DNA of 64,000 bases from Octopus bimaculoides. Taxonomy: Eukaryota. The notes beneath the pieces are model-generated. The model saw only the letters and a list, made by a program, of their open reading frames with translations. It had not been told where the DNA came from and ran no database searches. Location of the stretch: positions 159,733,640-159,797,639 of the forward strand of contig NC_068983.1 in NCBI RefSeq assembly GCF_001194135.2, given 5' to 3'. Shown here piece after piece: positions 62,621-64,000 of this stretch; position 1 is the first letter of the stretch; every line of letters starts with the position of its first letter. The translations under genes and the position numbers were made by a program.

Positions 62621-63221
62621 AAACCCTTGTACTCACCAGTATCTTTGCTAAGCTGAATTCTTTTGGTGACATTTATCCATCGTTCATTATGTATACTGGG
62701 ATATTTAATCTCAGTTATAAAGCTCAAGAAATAATTATATAGTTATACAGTTCTATTGCAGTTCTATAATTGTATAGTTATACAATTCTAGTTATACAGT
62801 TCTATTGATAAACAGTGTCTCCTAATGATACCTATTTTCATTTCTGTGGTTTAAATCATCCAAATTTAGTGCACTTTTCGGAGAAACAACTGGAATAATA
62901 TATTCATTTCTACAACTCCACATATAATGGGGTGACTAAGAGAAGGAACGAATTATACTTTGTAATAATATTTATTTCATGTTAATATATTCATTTGCAA
63001 ATTTATTGAATTATACAACTGAAAAAGGCTAAACTTGATCGAGTCGCCTTCATGAAAGTGTATATTGTAAGCCCTCAAACATCCGGGGATCCTAGGATAC
63101 ACACTGACGACGTGTCCAAGCAATTAATATGTAGATTTAAACTGAACTAATTTGATGCTAAGTTATTCATTTTTAAATTTATTAAAATGCAGGAAAAAAA
63201 TGAATATATATATATATATTT

Positions 63222-63628
63222 AAATTAAGAGAATGAGATAAAAATCCAAGGTTGTGAAAGATTTCAGAACATTTATAAAGAGAAGGTCTTACAGCTGTTT
63301 CCGAGATATTTTATATATCCCTTCATCGGAGACGGGGTGAGATGATGGTTAAGCAATAGTCATTCCAGATAAGATATGAAAGAGAGAATGAAGTGGAGGA
63401 ACGAAAATAGACGTGAGATATTTCCCTGCATATCTCACGTCTATTTTCATTCCTCGACATCACTCTTTATTCTATATCTTATCTAGAATAACTATTGCTT
63501 AACCATCTCCTCAAACCGTCTCCGATGAAGGAATATATAAATTATCCCGGAAACAGCTGTAAGACCTTCTCTTTATAAATGTTCTGAAATCTTTCACAAC
63601 CTTGGATTTTCATCTTATTCTGTTAATT
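63222..63628. repeat. Long imperfect palindrome (about 200-bp arms, 8-nt loop) with a hammerhead-like motif in each arm
   Basis: Arms 63222-63421 and 63430-63628. GTCT-CCGATGA..GAAA-CAGCTG-TA-AGAC at 63518-63565 (+) and 63286-63333 (-). Confidence 0.9.
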
Positions 63629-63874
63629 TTTTTATATATACACATACTGATATATGACCTACGTTGGACTCCTCATTCGCATAATCACCGAACCTGGGGC
63701 TTAACTATAGTCTGTCGATAGCACTTACTCAACATTACCTGACACCATTACCTCTCCTAACCTATATATATACATATATACATTTATAAATTAGAAATGG
63801 AAAGCAAAATAATAAACTGAACAATCAAATTATTTAATCATTAACTGATAAATTCAGTTCAATTTTATTATATG

Positions 63875-63936
<62 letters not shown>

Positions 63937-64000
63937 AATAAGATATAACGATAAAATCTAGATAAGATGTTATCGAGTAGTCAGCGAATACATTATAATG

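Noticed and set aside
1-64000. Prokaryotic defence, CRISPR or operon-like system
   Set aside because: No long intact ORFs, no operon structure and no repeat-spacer array; the sequence is metazoan repeat-rich DNA.

Overview
This is eukaryotic, AT-rich, microsatellite-dense DNA from a draft assembly with many N gaps. The repeat families resemble those of octopus/coleoid cephalopods; the taxon is an inference. No recognisable host gene, rRNA, true tRNA gene or CRISPR array is present. Most of the window is intron-like or intergenic sequence carrying decayed transposons: CR1/L2-like, R4/Dong-like, RTE and L1/Tx1-like LINEs, several tRNA-derived SINE families, Tc1/mariner elements (DD36E, DD41D-like, DD34D), a Tigger-like MITE, a Gypsy gag remnant and Penelope-like elements (PLEs). 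A few minus-strand segments with good splice signals may be exons of a long-intron host gene. The most interesting signal is a PLE whose 3' terminal repeat carries, 29 nt after the GIY-YIG stop codon, a tRNA-Arg-like Pol III promoter head, an (AAT)n spacer and a minimal hammerhead ribozyme. The junction is the same in two copies 27 kb apart, and a third ORF-less copy forms an inverted-repeat structure. Three further unrelated hammerhead-like motif families occur at 55.2, 57.0 and 63.3-63.6 kb. All family calls come from reading motifs by eye; no database search was run, so novelty is untested.
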